A DNA stretch of 64,000 bases from Mytilus trossulus (GCF_036588685.1 NC_086378.1:33046001-33110000), one strand, 5' to 3'. Positions 46,996 to 60,337 are shown, numbered from the stretch's first letter. Notes: generated by a model from the sequence alone, not told the origin. Numbers and translations are program-made.

Positions 46996-48504
46996 CTAAC
47001 ATCTTTCGGACACTTTAATCTGATAAGACACTGGCTTGCAGGTTAATCCAAAAATTGGTTCAAAATTAGGTTCTGAACACAATTCTATTTCAAATCTTTG
47101 AAAAATATTGGTAACAAACAAAAAGAGTTCCATTTTTGCAAGAAATTGTCCTGGACATCGCCTGCGTCCAATACCAAATGTTAGAATTTCGTCTGCTTTC
47201 TGCTGATTAATTTGGTTATGATTGTCTAAAAACCTTTCTGGTGAAAACTTCTCGGGGTTTGTCCATAGTTTAGGATCCATAGCTGTGGCATACGTGTTGC
47301 AAATCACAACAGTACCTTTCTTAATTTTGTGATTTCGGAACACAGTGTCGGTTGTCGTTGAATGTGGAACCGCCATTGGTAACACATTAGCCACTCGGAT
47401 TACCTCTAATATCGTAGCTTCGGTAAACGGAAGTTTTCCTTTGTCTGTTAGCTTCGGCTTTCTATCACCAATCACGGAGTATATTTCCTCTTGAACCCGT
47501 CTTTGTACATCATTGTGGTATGACAGATATAATATGATCCATTCTAGCGTAGTCGAAACGGTTTCAAATCCAGCGGCCATAAAATCTGACAAAGATGACA
47601 AAATCTCCTCTTTTGTAATTCCATTGTATAGTTCCGGCGAATTTCCGTATTGTTCCGCGGCGGAAATCAATCCATCCGTGATATCCCTGTGATTATTATT
47701 GTCATATGATTTCACATGCTCATTAACTTCAGAGGAAACCACCGTTTTGTATAATGCGATCAATTTCTGAAATCGTATAGCTTTCCAGGGCATTACAAAT
47801 CGCAACCATGGCATAACATTAAGTGGGTTTCCCGGTCCGGCCGTTTCGACAAATATTTTATTATTTTCTATGAACAGCAAAAAGTTTTTATCCTCACGGC
47901 AGTTTTTTGCAGACCCAAAACAAAGCTGATATATTATACAGCCTATTCCTAAAAATATGTCATCGTGTGGACTGAAGTGGTTGTCTTTTCTTTCAAGTAA
48001 GCTCTTTATGACCGTTTCTATCTCTTTATTAATTACGTCCTCTGTTGGGTTATTTTTAGTCGAAACAAATTGTCTTAAAACGTGATTTGCAATTTTCCGG
48101 TGCATTTTCCAACGGAGGGTGTAAGATCCAAATCCTATACTCTTCATGTTATAGTAGTTAATCCCCGTATAAAATTCAGGGCGATCTGAGAACACTTCTC
48201 CTTTGTCCATCAATGCTTCACGTATTGCTTCTCTGCTGTTTAAAACAATTGTTGGCCAACTTCCCATGCGAATTTTAAACACGTCACCGTAAGTTCTAGA
48301 AATGTTCATTAATGTTTTCGCTGGATTACTTCCAAGAAGCGGCAAATGTCCAAGAATAGGAAATCCCCACGGACCCGGTGGTGAAAGATACAAATCATTC
48401 CAAAGTGTCTGAAAAAAATTAACTAGCACAAGAGTTACTGCAAATATCAAAATAAAAAAACTAATTATAATTCCTTCATAATTGGAAACTTGCAACTCGT
48501 CCAT
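46996..48504 (-). CDS. Cytochrome P450, clan 2, CYP1-like; coding region intronless, 502 aa
   Basis: N-terminal TM anchor, PPGPWGFPILGHL hinge, WKMHR (helix C), AAGFETVSTT (helix I), EVIR (ExxR), FSPERF, heme motif FGIGRRRCPG; complete from ATG to TAG. Confidence 0.95.
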   Translation of the reverse strand: MDELQVSNYEGIIISFFILIFAVTLVLVNFFQTLWNDLYLSPPGPWGFPILGHLPLLGSNPAKTLMNISRTYGDVFKIRMGSWPTIVLNSREAIREALMDKGEVFSDRPEFYTGINYYNMKSIGFGSYTLRWKMHRKIANHVLRQFVSTKNNPTEDVINKEIETVIKSLLERKDNHFSPHDDIFLGIGCIIYQLCFGSAKNCREDKNFLLFIENNKIFVETAGPGNPLNVMPWLRFVMPWKAIRFQKLIALYKTVVSSEVNEHVKSYDNNNHRDITDGLISAAEQYGNSPELYNGITKEEILSSLSDFMAAGFETVSTTLEWIILYLSYHNDVQRRVQEEIYSVIGDRKPKLTDKGKLPFTEATILEVIRVANVLPMAVPHSTTTDTVFRNHKIKKGTVVICNTYATAMDPKLWTNPEKFSPERFLDNHNQINQQKADEILTFGIGRRRCPGQFLAKMELFLFVTNIFQRFEIELCSEPNFEPIFGLTCKPVSYQIKVSERC

Positions 48505-48656
48505 TTTGAAATGGTGTTTTCGTTGTAATCATTTAAAGTACACTATATTCTCTTTAGAAACATTCAATACAAGAAATATTATTATATCATACATGTTTTG
48601 TAAGCAAGTTAAAACGTGTATGAACATTTCTTATCATCGTCTTATTTGCCTGGACT

Positions 48657-48669
48657 TTTTATAACACGC
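48657..48669 (-). promoter_or_regulatory. Candidate P450 TATA box (TATAAAA, 48663-48657) with adjacent GCGTG (XRE core)
   Basis: About 150 bp upstream of the ATG on the gene strand; short motifs in AT-rich DNA, so tentative. Confidence 0.4.
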
Positions 48670-50440
48670 GTATATATATATTTACTCTTATGTAAGCCAT
48701 TAGACTGTAGGATAAATACATGTTAAATTTTTATTATACGAATTACCGTTACATAACTAAATTTACATATATATACAGAAATGTTATATAATTCTAGAGT
48801 GCGCAGTTCTAAAAGGGTCAATGTTCAGAAGTGTTTACTTTAACTTTTTTATATTATTTAATCTCTTGTTTTATTCTTTAATCTCATAATAAGAAAAAAA
48901 AATGTTTATCAAAAGGGGATACTCGTTGTAAGAAACTGAAGCAATATCAAGGACATTAATCGAAAAAGGATATCAGCACTATAGGTCAAAGATAAAAACG
49001 AAATGAAGCAATTTATAATTATTTTACTCAAATCTATGGTCGTTATTTATAAAGAGAAGGTAATATCTGAGTTATCATATTGTTAAAAAAACTCAGTCCA
49101 TTCGTTTTCAACAAAGTAAAAATAATTTACGAGTGACCAGTCGTTTGAAGGTCAGTGTGATTAAACAACCTATCTTATAACCGTCAGTCATAGTTGACGA
49201 TTATTTTGAAAGAATCGAGGCAGTATTTCATCATGTCTTCCATTTTACAAAAAGGATGAATGTTATATAAAATACAATATCTTCTACAGAAAAAAAATAT
49301 TATGTACGTGTGCTTATATCCACTTCATTTGAACTTTGTTGGATATTTGTCTCATTGGCAATCATACCACATCTCTTTATTTTTATATTATTTGGCTTTC
49401 CTTCTATATCCAAAGACGTTGTGGGATTTTTATATCCGGTTTACGCATATGTGACTTACGTAAAAATATTTTTTCCTTTCGTCATTTCATTTAGCTCCTA
49501 TTCAGCCTAAAACTCCAGCGACAGATTTGTTATATTCTTTTGTAAATTCTTTAAGAGATACATTTTGTAAAGGCATTATTTAACTGTCTTCCGATAACCT
49601 CGTTTATATTATGGGATTGTAAGCTAGAAAAAATGCTTACTTTAATGTTTTCTGAAGTTTCGTCTTTCAGTGAGAGTTAGGCATTCCTACTGACAACATC
49701 CACTTAATTGTAAAACTCCATCCTGAAATCATTGTTACCTACTGCATAGGACTTGTGTCGAATTCTACCAGTGGATTACTAGTTAAAGCGAGTATTTCTC
49801 AGGCAAGTGGCTTAGTCTTAGTCATTGTCTATCGTTGGTTTCGCCAATTTCTGCAACCGTTCGTGTTGCATCTCTTTATCATCGTCATTCCAGTAGCCAG
49901 TCTCCCGGTTGGATAAGCACCGAATGTACACTTTCTTTATGCAACCATACTTGTGCCATATGTAGAGCGAGCAATTAAGGTCAAACATCCAACAGAGACA
50001 AAATAGGAGAAATTTTTTAATCAATATTTTTCAAATTTCCGTTATATTGCTTTCTTGTAATGGTATTCAAAGGATATAAAACAACATTAACAGGTACGCG
50101 ACAAAATTAAAAATGAAACTATATAAAGTATGTTGTTGATGAAGGTCTAATCAAATTTTTACAGCAAAACACATACAGAAAACTCAGTTCAACTGAAAGT
50201 ACAACAACAATAACCATAAGAAATGATTAAGTATTAGAACAGTATAGCACTAGAAAACGGTGGATATATATCTATTGTAGAATTTGTATCTGATTTTGTC
50301 ATGCTATTTTTGAAACTAATATCAATCACTCTCATTAGAATTTTTTTTATTTCTTAAACCATATCTTCTTCATTTTATATCGCCGCTATAAAGCTGATCC
50401 GGCGTAAAGCAACCAATCAATTAATCACTCTTAATTTTAT

Positions 50441-50805
50441 ATAATTACATTAGATGTAAGTTTCATTATAATACGTTATTCTGATTGGCTTACTGCACAT
50501 CACATGTTATTCCGTAAACAATTGCATTAGACAATAACATTTATCATGCATGATGACACGAGGTCCCACAATAAAGTGCTCAGGTGAACTAAATAAAACT
50601 GGATAAAAATCGTGTTTTCATGATCCTAGCTAAAAAATGTAATTATAAGTATTGAATGCTTCTTTTGTAACTTTATAGGGTTGTAAAAGCGTTGACCGTG
50701 CGTACATTTTGAGAATGAAGCGCTTCCGCGCTTCATACAAAATGTACTTCGGTCAACGCTTTTACACCCCAATAAATTCACAAAAAGAAGCATTCAATTC
50801 TTAAA
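50441..50805 (+). mobile_element. Hairpin-ended element (Crypton-like non-autonomous); hairpin 50646-50803
   Basis: attctgattggct near the 5' end, ~75-bp arms with a gaagcgc-ttcc-gcgcttc apex; absent from the paralogue at ~28687. Confidence 0.7.
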
Positions 50806-53399
50806 TAAAATAGATTAGTCGAACATTGGGGAACTTGCCTTTTATTTGTGTTAACATTAATATTATATTTTTTTCTGCAGTTATTTAAATATCGAAGTCA
50901 TAATACTTAGCTTGTCAGACATATGTATATTATAATAATTAAATGTAATATGATCACTTCTAAACCACAATGCATTAACATTACAGAGAAAATTTATATA
51001 TCAAACAAGAAACATTATCATTGCAGTGTAATATTTCATGGTATTTTAAACATGACAAAACATTTACTGATCTATCTAAGGAGAATATTGTAAACGATTT
51101 CCCAGTAGAATTTTTAAGGAACTGTAGGAGAGACAAACAGCTGTAAGTTATGGTGTTGTATTGTTATTCGAAAGTAAGAACAAAGAGTTTAAGAATTTGT
51201 AAAATTGTAGGGCGGATGGCGGATGAGGCATTTTCTGACAAAATAGCAAGAAAAGCAAATGGGGATAGCTAGGCATGCAGTGGTAGAAAACATCCTTGCA
51301 TTATCATATCAAAAATTAAATAATGCATACTTGCAATAGGAATTATTGTTGACGTGCAGTTTTTGTACTTTTATTTAAACTATGTTAGGTATTAAACTCT
51401 CTGCCTGATTACCATCGCCATTACACCGGCATTTAGTTCTGCAATTATTTATTTCCCGCGTTATAGTTTCTTGACCACATTGCCAGCCGTTTGCTGCACG
51501 TGTGAGATATCTTTTTATGTCCTTCGACATTTAAAGACATGGTCAGGTCAACGATGACCGAGGACAGATTATGTTGTTAATCAATGTTTCACGTCAATCG
51601 TACGGACAATTTCGGGCTAGTGACGTCAGAAGCGGTTCTCAAACGACGCATATGGGATCTCAGTGGCACAAGAAAGGTCAAACTAACATTCACAGACAGT
51701 GACTACGTTCCACTCTTTGGGCTTTTTCAAAGTGTCAGGAGTCAGTTTAGTGGTTGCCGTTGGTTCGTGTCTGTCATATTTGGTTTTTCATAAATTGTTT
51801 TGTTATGAATTAGGCCGTTAGTTTTCTCGATTGAATTGTTTCATATTTCTCCTGTCGGTGCCTTGTATAGCCAACTATACGGTATGTTTTTTTCCTCTCA
51901 TTGTTGATGACCATACGGTTGTCTATAATTGCTTAAATCTACATAATTAACTTTGGTGGATAGTTATTTCATTGGCAATGATACCTTCTTTTTAAACGGT
52001 TTTCAAATTCCTATCCTGTATCTGATCAATCCATTGCATAACACGTCATAATGTCAAGGGTCAAAGATCAAACTTGAAATAAAGGATGTCATTGATTATG
52101 TTATCTATCTTCTGCTTTTCTTTTTTTTTCAGATTTGATGGTTGTAGTGACATTGTGTACCCGGAGATTGAGTCATCTTCTTCAATGTTATTTGCATTGT
52201 TTTGCCATCACCGTTTTTTTTTTCAAATTGCATGAAATTCAATATATTGTATAACCATGTAAATACAATGTATCATAAGAATGTTTTAATGTATAATAAG
52301 ATAGAAAGGATTTGAGGTGTAAAAAAAAATTAAAAAAATGTTTAGTGTTTTTCATTAACCAATGATAACATATAGATTAAAAAACATAAAATTTGCAGAA
52401 ATTCTATTTTGATGATAGCTTCTGGATTATTAAGTTATTCTGTGAATTCGTCCTACAATTTCTTTGGTTATCTTGATAGTCTTTTACAGAACAGCATTAC
52501 GTACTGCAATAAGGAAGATGTCTTGGAAGAAAAAAAGTTCAAAAATTTCAAAAAGCTTTTGAAGTGTGCATCTCCTTATTCCGTGCTGTTTACTTACTGT
52601 GAGTTGATTATACGAGTCTTGAGTCTTCGTGATGTCTTTTGTTTATCTTAGAATACCATACTACGTTTTTAAGTAAATTGTTTTAGCACCAAAGTTAACC
52701 CCTGGTTCTAGCGGTGTTTGCATTACCCACCACCCAATCTTTAGTTTTTTGTAGTGTTTTGTGACTCGTTTGATTGTCTGTTCGATTGTCTGTTCAAGTT
52801 TCCCTTTACATTGAATTATGGGTTTTGATTGCTCTATTTTGTTTTTACCTTTTTTTTTATAAATTATTGCACTTTCAATGTATGATACATTGTCTTATGC
52901 AAGCACAAATATAAGCAGATACCAATTGTGCAATTAACCCTCATAACTCGAGAAAAAAAATCTAATATGCTTCCTTTGCCTTTAAGAAATACTCTTGGTA
53001 ATTATAAGGAGTTCCTGTCCAGGTGGACAATTGCCATAAAAAAAAATATTTTGAAATAAACATAATAAGATTATAAGACTGTTTCATGAATATACATCTC
53101 TGAAAACCAAAAACGGTCTTATACTTTCTACTTTTCTGAATTTGCTTATCCAGAAAACTGATGACTTGCATTTCCACCTACAGAGTTACACAGTAAAACC
53201 AGTAATAAATGACAAACTTTGGCTACAGAATGTCATACTTACCTGTCACTTTCCTATATCACAAAATGAGGGAATGCGTCAGTCTATCATTTTGAGAATA
53301 AGTGTTTAAGAATAAAAGGAGATTTCTGTAGACAGTAAATTATAATAAATCATAAATACAATATAAAAACAGAAAAGAACGCAATGAGGCAACATGTGA

Positions 53400-54050
53400 T
53401 CTTACGTTAAAACGTAACGACTGACAACACCGGGCAAACCAGAGTACAATTTATCAGGCAACATGAACACAACCAAAACATTAGGATGATGTCAGTTGCT
53501 TCTGAAAGATAAGTTGTTTCTGTCTTACTAGTGGCATCTGTCTATCTTGTGAGTAAGAAAATCAGCGAAGAGTCTCATTCGGTAATGTCATAAACAAGGG
53601 AAAGAATATGGGATTGTTGTTATCACAAGTGAAAAATGAATATGGAAATCTTAATAGAAGATGCAAGCCCTTGAATGTTGTATTATCTGGGAGGATACAC
53701 ATTCCATATGCAGGCGCTTCTGGAATACTGCTGCAAAAGAATTAAAAGTTTGAAGTGGAAAAATGTAATCTTACAGAACAGTTTTCGGGGCACGTCGTCG
53801 ACAATTTCTTGATGAAAGAAGGCCTTACTGTTTATGTTGTTTCAGTTAAATTTGACCGACAAGTTCAACTTTTAATAGTTTAGGAGAGTATATCACCCAT
53901 CAAGCGAAACGTGTAGTCAAATGGTATCTTCTTTTCGTTCATTTCAGCAGTCCATGAAGAAAGTCAGTCACATTTAAAAAAAAAACTGTTGGAAAATCGG
54001 CAAAAACTGGAGTACAGTTGGGGTTCAAACAAGAATACCGACTGTATTTT
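53400..54050 (-). mobile_element. Decayed Penelope-like RT C-terminal fragment plus 3' repeat
   Basis: Minus strand reads CSSIPEAPAYG (~53705-53740), the typical PLE motif SNIP.APAYG; partial paralogue at ~44650-44880. Confidence 0.55.
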
Positions 54051-54098
54051 GAAACCGTGTTTGCACAAAACGTTACATATCGTAAACCTGTATACAAT

Positions 54099-54479
54099 AG
54101 ACAACTTTCGAGTTTGTTGCATTTCCGTCAAAAACTTTGGTTTTATTGTACATAAATCGTGCGTTTAGGGGCGTCGTCACTTCCGTTTCTATGTTGAGTG
54201 ATTGGTTGAAAAATTGATATGCTATATTGCACGAATTATTCGGAAAATTAAATTATTATAATTGATATTCTGCACTGCTATCATTAGGGAATTGTGATTA
54301 AGTACTTACGGAACAAATATTATTTCTAGTTTATCCTTCATAATAACGATCATAAAGACGTTCGATGAACTTTAATAGAGCATGGATACAGGCTATCCCC
54401 TCAATCTGGTAAATGACGTCACAAAGGCGCACAAAATTGACGTACTTTTCCAGTGAAGGACATAACTCGAAAGTGGTCT
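54099..54479. mobile_element. ISL2EU/PIF-type MITE
   Basis: 16-bp TIR AGAC(a/c)ACTTTCGAGTT, AT duplicated; paralogous empty site at ~44907. Confidence 0.8.
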
Positions 54480-55006
54480 ATTGGTTTCATGTAACTCTAT
54501 GTTTACATTAGATATAAAAATTCTTCATCGGATTTAATTACTTTTCATACAAGTAAACGAACATTAATTTAAATGTACGTTACATAGAAATGGATTGAAA
54601 ATTTCTCTTGTCAAATTTTGTAGTAGTTATAGGCATCGACTAATCCCTTTTCCCATTTTAAGGCCTACTGGTGGCCTTGAAATTTAATAATTGACTTGTT
54701 TGATTAAAAACTTCTCGAGAAAAAACAATATTTGTTTCAGAAGAAAAATGAAAAAAATATATTGTTTCCATTAGAAAAATAAGGAACGAATTAAATCAAA
54801 CACGGAGTTTTATTAAACAAAATCTTGTTCTTAAATGTTCTTGAAAAAAGTTGTTTGTTTTTGATAAATTCATTGTTATGCAATTCATTCTTGGTGAAAT
54901 AAAGATTTGACAGACAACTCTCATCTGCACAAGTAATTGTTGAAGTAGTATCCATTCTATGTAAGTAGTAATGGGGAGATAAAGGCTTTTTTTTACATTT
55001 GATCCA

Positions 55007-55590
55007 AACATTTTTTGTCCAGTAGCCAAATTGAATATCAATGTCCCCCGCGTAAGGGGCATAACTCTTTTAAAAAATTCGAATGTCCACCATTTTAGAA
55101 TTTGTCCGAGATATTGCTGATATTAACTTTAGTACAAGTTTTATAAAACCTGACAAGATTTGTACCCGTTAGAGTGCTAACCAGGGCATTTTCCATAAAT
55201 TTAATATTTCTAAGAGGCATATAATGATACAACTCTTTTAAAAAAAGTCGATTGTCCACCATTATAGAAATTGTCTAAGATATTGCTCATATTAACCTAT
55301 AGTATAACTTTTATAAAAATCTGACAAGAATTGTACCTGTGAGAGCGCTTATGAGGTCATTTTCCAAAAATTTAATATTTCCAAGGGGCATAACTTTTTT
55401 TTTAAAGTTGACTGTCGACCATTTTAGAACTTGTCCGTTATATAGCTCACATTAACCTATTATAGTTTAAGTTTTATAAGAATCTGGCAAGGAGAGCGAT
55501 AACAAGACAGGACAGATGGACACACGGACGATCGTATGGAAGCCCTGTATTTCCATGTCTCCCGCAACGCTTTACGTGGGTGACAAAAAA
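55007..55590 (-). mobile_element. Helentron-associated element with three ~160-170-bp tandem core repeats
   Basis: Units starting aaggggcataact at ~55054, 55212 and 55383; ggac-type microsatellite and stem-loop/A-run at the right end. Confidence 0.7.
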
Positions 55591-56984
55591 AGCACAAACT
55601 TACCATACAATGCTACTGGAGCTACTAGCAATATGATGCTACTAAGGTGGTTTTGTTACACTTTTTTTTAAACATCTGTACAAATGTACGTGAACTGCGT
55701 GTAAATGGTCATTCACTATGTAAGAGAAAAGGAAAAAATATTCATGAGGCCTATCTGGCCTAATTGATTTTTAAAATTATATTTCATTCATTCGTTAAAA
55801 TGGACACAATATTCAAGCTTGATACTGGTCTGAATTTGGATTTTAATTAAATATTTGACACATTATAGTTTCTGACACAGAATAAATGGAGCCAAAGAAC
55901 TTGAAATTGTTTATATGATTTGAATTTATGTATAGATTTCTTGCTTGTGTGCAATACACTGTGTTGTTGCGCAATACTTAGTCAATCTGTTTTCAGACTA
56001 TATACAAACAATTAGCAAAATAAATTGTGACCCCCAATTTTTCTTTGAAAAATTGTCGAATTCTTTTAAAATCTTGAGGGGAAAAATTTACCCCCCTTTT
56101 TCCAAAAAAAAATTTGAAGAATTTTCTTTTTAATTTCTTAAATCTTGAGGAAAAAGTACTGCCCCTCCCAAAAAACAATTTTGCCCTCCCCCCCCCCAAC
56201 TTTTTTTAACCCCCCTTTCAAAAAAACACATTTGAAGAAATTTTCTTGTACCTTATATATTAAAATAAGAAGAATCTGAATGAATTTATTAATAACGTAA
56301 TCACTGGAATGTAAATTCAAACAGTTTTAGCAGACATTTGGTTACCTTCCATCTATTTTTGGCAAAATAACATAACACCATACATTAAATATGTTAATAC
56401 AGTCATGTTAAACATGCAAGATGTTATCTAATATTTAATATAATCAACAACACACATCGGTGAAAATTATATTAAGTAAAGCAAAATTACATGGGTGAGA
56501 CGATACATAAGTCTTTAAGGATCCTTTACCGAATTCAAACTATTAATAATGATTATTAATTCTTTTTCATGTGTTTACAGGACTTCATCAGTATATTCGA
56601 ATATCATTTAACTTCCGATTGTTTTAAATTATATCCTTGGCATGTAAAAGAACATTATTAGACAGAATAATAGATTTGTTTGTGCGTTTTTTCCTAAACT
56701 ACAATTTTAATGTGTGTTTCTGATGTGTTCAAAATTAAATTCTTCTCAATTTTTTAGTAATTCAATCTTATATCTCCAATGAAATAATAACTAATTGCTA
56801 CGAAATATCCGATATTGCTGAAAATGGCGTTAAATATCAATCAATCAATCACTCATCCTATCTTCCAATCCGATTTGTGTATGATTTAATATAACAAATT
56901 CATTGTATTCAAGCTGCATCGTATAATAAATGTTTTTTCTCGTCGATAGGCATTATATACATACGTTTGAAGATTTAAAGACGC

Positions 56985-57704
56985 TTTTTTGTTGACGTCA
57001 TAACATTGCTCAGCAGAGAGACAGAGAGAGAGAGAGAGAGAGACAATTATTTTAACAATAATGTTATATAAAAAAATGATCAGCAGAAGTTGCAAAATTA
57101 TTTTTTCAATTTTCCACTGGAATTACACACTATAAAACCGATCTGTATCGTTTGTTCAAAACTTGACAGATACGATCACGCACTATGATATACTTGTTAT
57201 TTGTCCGGAAACACTAATCCTCTGACAACGTTTAAAAAAAAGCTTTCATACTTGGTAGTAGTGTTGGCCATCATGTTTTGTTGACTATATTATACTTTCA
57301 TTTTGATCCAATCATTGCTCCAATCATTTTTATAGGAGCTGTTGGACTATTTTGTTGTATTGTAATAGTGCCACATTGTGAACACAACTCCCCTGAGACC
57401 ATTTGACAGAAAGATCTCAAACTTCGTATGAGTGTTTGCTATCATGTGAAGATGACCATATTATACCGTCAAACTTGATTTAGAAAAAACAAGATGTGGT
57501 AGGATTGCCAATGAGACAACTCTTCACAAGAGACCAAATGACACAGAAATTAACAACTATAGGTCACTTTGACTAGTTTTAATGGAGTTATTTGACTTTT
57601 ACCATATTTTGACAAGTGTATCAAAATGACACAATGTGACACACATTTGAAACCTCATTAATACAAGGGTTGGGACATTTCGCTACGGCGTAGCAATTTT
57701 GTTT
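56985..57704 (+). mobile_element. Helentron-like element with (AG)n tract
   Basis: T-run start, repeated cores (gagctgttgga/ggagttatttga), 3' hairpin gctacggcgtagc; interrupted by a family-A fragment at ~57484-57568. Confidence 0.5.
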
Positions 57705-60227
57705 AAACTTGAAATGAAATAAGTTTGAAATTTGTCTTAATGGAAATTTGTAGTTTTTAGTTGGTCTTTTAAGTACACTCTTTAGTAATGTATGTCTCTA
57801 TCAAATAACAGACGAAGCGTAACAGTTAGAAAAGTAGTGTGCACATGAAATTTTATCCATGCGTTTGATTAGGTGCATTTATTATAACGATGCAATTTAG
57901 ATGATTTTACCCATAAAAATCATAGACCGATAATTTTAAATTGTAAACACATAAACAAACTTCTATATAAATTTATACAAATAAATTAATTTTCATTTCA
58001 AACAAACACGAAAAACTTAAATGTAGAGGAAATTTTAATTTGTAAATGTTTGATTTACTTTCAGTTTATTTATTATTTTTAGCAGGTTTCAACTTATGAA
58101 GTCAATTATAATTCAAATCCACCATGTAAACATATCTTACGACTTCTTTGGACTTCTTACTTTTAACGACACTTGCATTCTTCTGGAAGCTGAACTATTT
58201 TACACATTAATAAAGGCAAAAGCAGCTTTGAAAAGTAGTTTTAGCTATTTAAACTTATTTAGAATTCGAAAGACAATACATGGCATAACTTCCAAATTCC
58301 TACATAATTTTTTTTTTGGTAAACGATATTTTTTTTGTGCTATACATAACCTTATGCTATATAATGGTACAATTTGCACTAGTACATTTATTAAGTATTT
58401 TCAGTAATGATTTTAACTGATTTTTTTTCTGGGGGAATAAATAAAGGCATTGGTATAGCATACCGCTGTTCAATCATTTTGTCAATAGTCATAAATCGAC
58501 AAAGCGAAAACAAACCCGCATATCCAATTACGTTCATCTATTAGTTTATCAAATATTATTTAATCACTATAAAAGGTTTCTGTTTCGATGTTCCAAACAT
58601 CTTTTATTTTGGTGATATCATGACTCTTGGTTAAGGAAGTAAAGATCAAAGGTTCCCCGTTCCATTTTATATGCAGTTACTGCATAGTGTGGACTTTATA
58701 GTAAAATGACCGAACGTTAAAAAATAGCATACTTGAAGAGAATAATTATATTTGGTAACAACGATATAAAATGGCATGTAGATATACATACATATGTATT
58801 CACACTTTGAACTAGTGCAGTTTTTTCACCTTCATTTACCAACAATCGCCATTTTTTATATTAAAGTTTAATTTCAAAGTTTATATCTTATATATATTTA
58901 TATTACATACTACATAATTGTATTATTTTTTGTAATAGTATTTTACTCATAACAGATTGTGTTCCTTTATAAATGCACATACATTTATTTCACAAATAGT
59001 CCTTTTTCGAAAATTCTAAAGTGTTTAAAGCATGTGTCCTGTCGATGTCAATATCTAACAGGCATTTAACCGGGAACACAATTAATATAACAAAAGATTT
59101 TATAATTAGTTATGTTTTATGAGATAAGATTTGAACTTTAAACAGTGCAAATGGTTAGAAAGAAAAATAATAGGAACATCTATTCATATTTTATAACTGT
59201 ATTTAAAAAGGGTAAATTTATATGAAAATGCAAGAGTTCAAGGTGTGAAGAATAGGGAAAACGGTAGTATTTAATTTTCCCAGCATTAGGTTGGCCTTTT
59301 GTGTACCCAAGACAGGTGAAGGAAGTCAAATTAGGAGCGCTGTGATTGGATGTAGGGTACAATATATTTTTTTATTTATCTATGAATAACTGCAGTGTGT
59401 AAATTTATAAAATAAATTTTAAAACCAATTGAAATATTTTGTAGAGAATTATTCGAAACGGCTTACAAAATTTCAAAAATTTGGTGCAAAATGACGGTGG
59501 GCACGGATAACATAAACTAGCTCCGTCGGAAATTGGTCATGATACTATTTGGCTTTAATTTTTAGAATATAATAATAAAGTTGTAACACCACACATAACT
59601 GTTTTGTCCAGGTTTTTATTATAAAAACTGGTAAATTTAGAAAATGTTAGTATTGTCGCCTATGGCAGAATAAATAGTACCGTTTTCCCAATACAGTAAC
59701 TAATTGAAAACAGATGCTGGTTTTAAAATTGAATATATTATGTCGAGAGTATTGTTTTCACCCATTTGTATTTTCCCTGGCAAATAGGATAATTATGTAA
59801 AAGAAAAGTAGGGACCGCTCTGTCAGATGCCATGGACTGAATAGGGTTTATACATGTCCATTCTAGTGCAAAATATATTAATATTTTATTGTTATCGTAT
59901 GACGATTATATTTCTAGGTAAAACAATTAGTAATCATTAGTAATCATTTGCACACTGTACAGTATAAATCACTCCTGTTATACACAATACAACAGAGTGT
60001 TTCTTTTGATGAACACATTACAGAATTTTATCCGCATAGTATCGAAATAAAATAAGCATTCTAATAAAACAAGAATTTTTAGAACGGTCCACCCTTGCTT
60101 TTATTAAATTTACAAGTTATTGATTTATCAGCCAATCAATTTCGCAATATGTCAGCATGTATTGATACAAAAACATATAAAACAACTGACGTGTACCACC
60201 GAGACATCAATGCAAGTTTGGCACCAG

Positions 60228-60337
60228 TCTGATTAAAATCAAACCTCTCAGCGCTCCTGTTTTCTGATATGTCGCGTCGGATTCTGATTAAAATCAAACC
60301 TCTCAGCGCTCCTGTTTTCTGATATGTCTCGTGGGAG
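60228..60337 (+). repeat. 55-bp tandem duplication
   Basis: tctgattaaaatcaaacctctcagcgctcctgttttctgatatgtc at 60228 and 60283. Confidence 0.9.

Larger units (their letters stand above)
49718..54870 (+). repeat. Segmental duplication copy 2; colinear with copy-1 pieces ~24870-25125, 27990-28790, 29390-30392, 38639-39260, 40490-40650, 44588-45290
   Basis: Same order and orientation of unique blocks, roughly 80% identical by eye, differing by transposon insertions and deletions. Confidence 0.88.
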
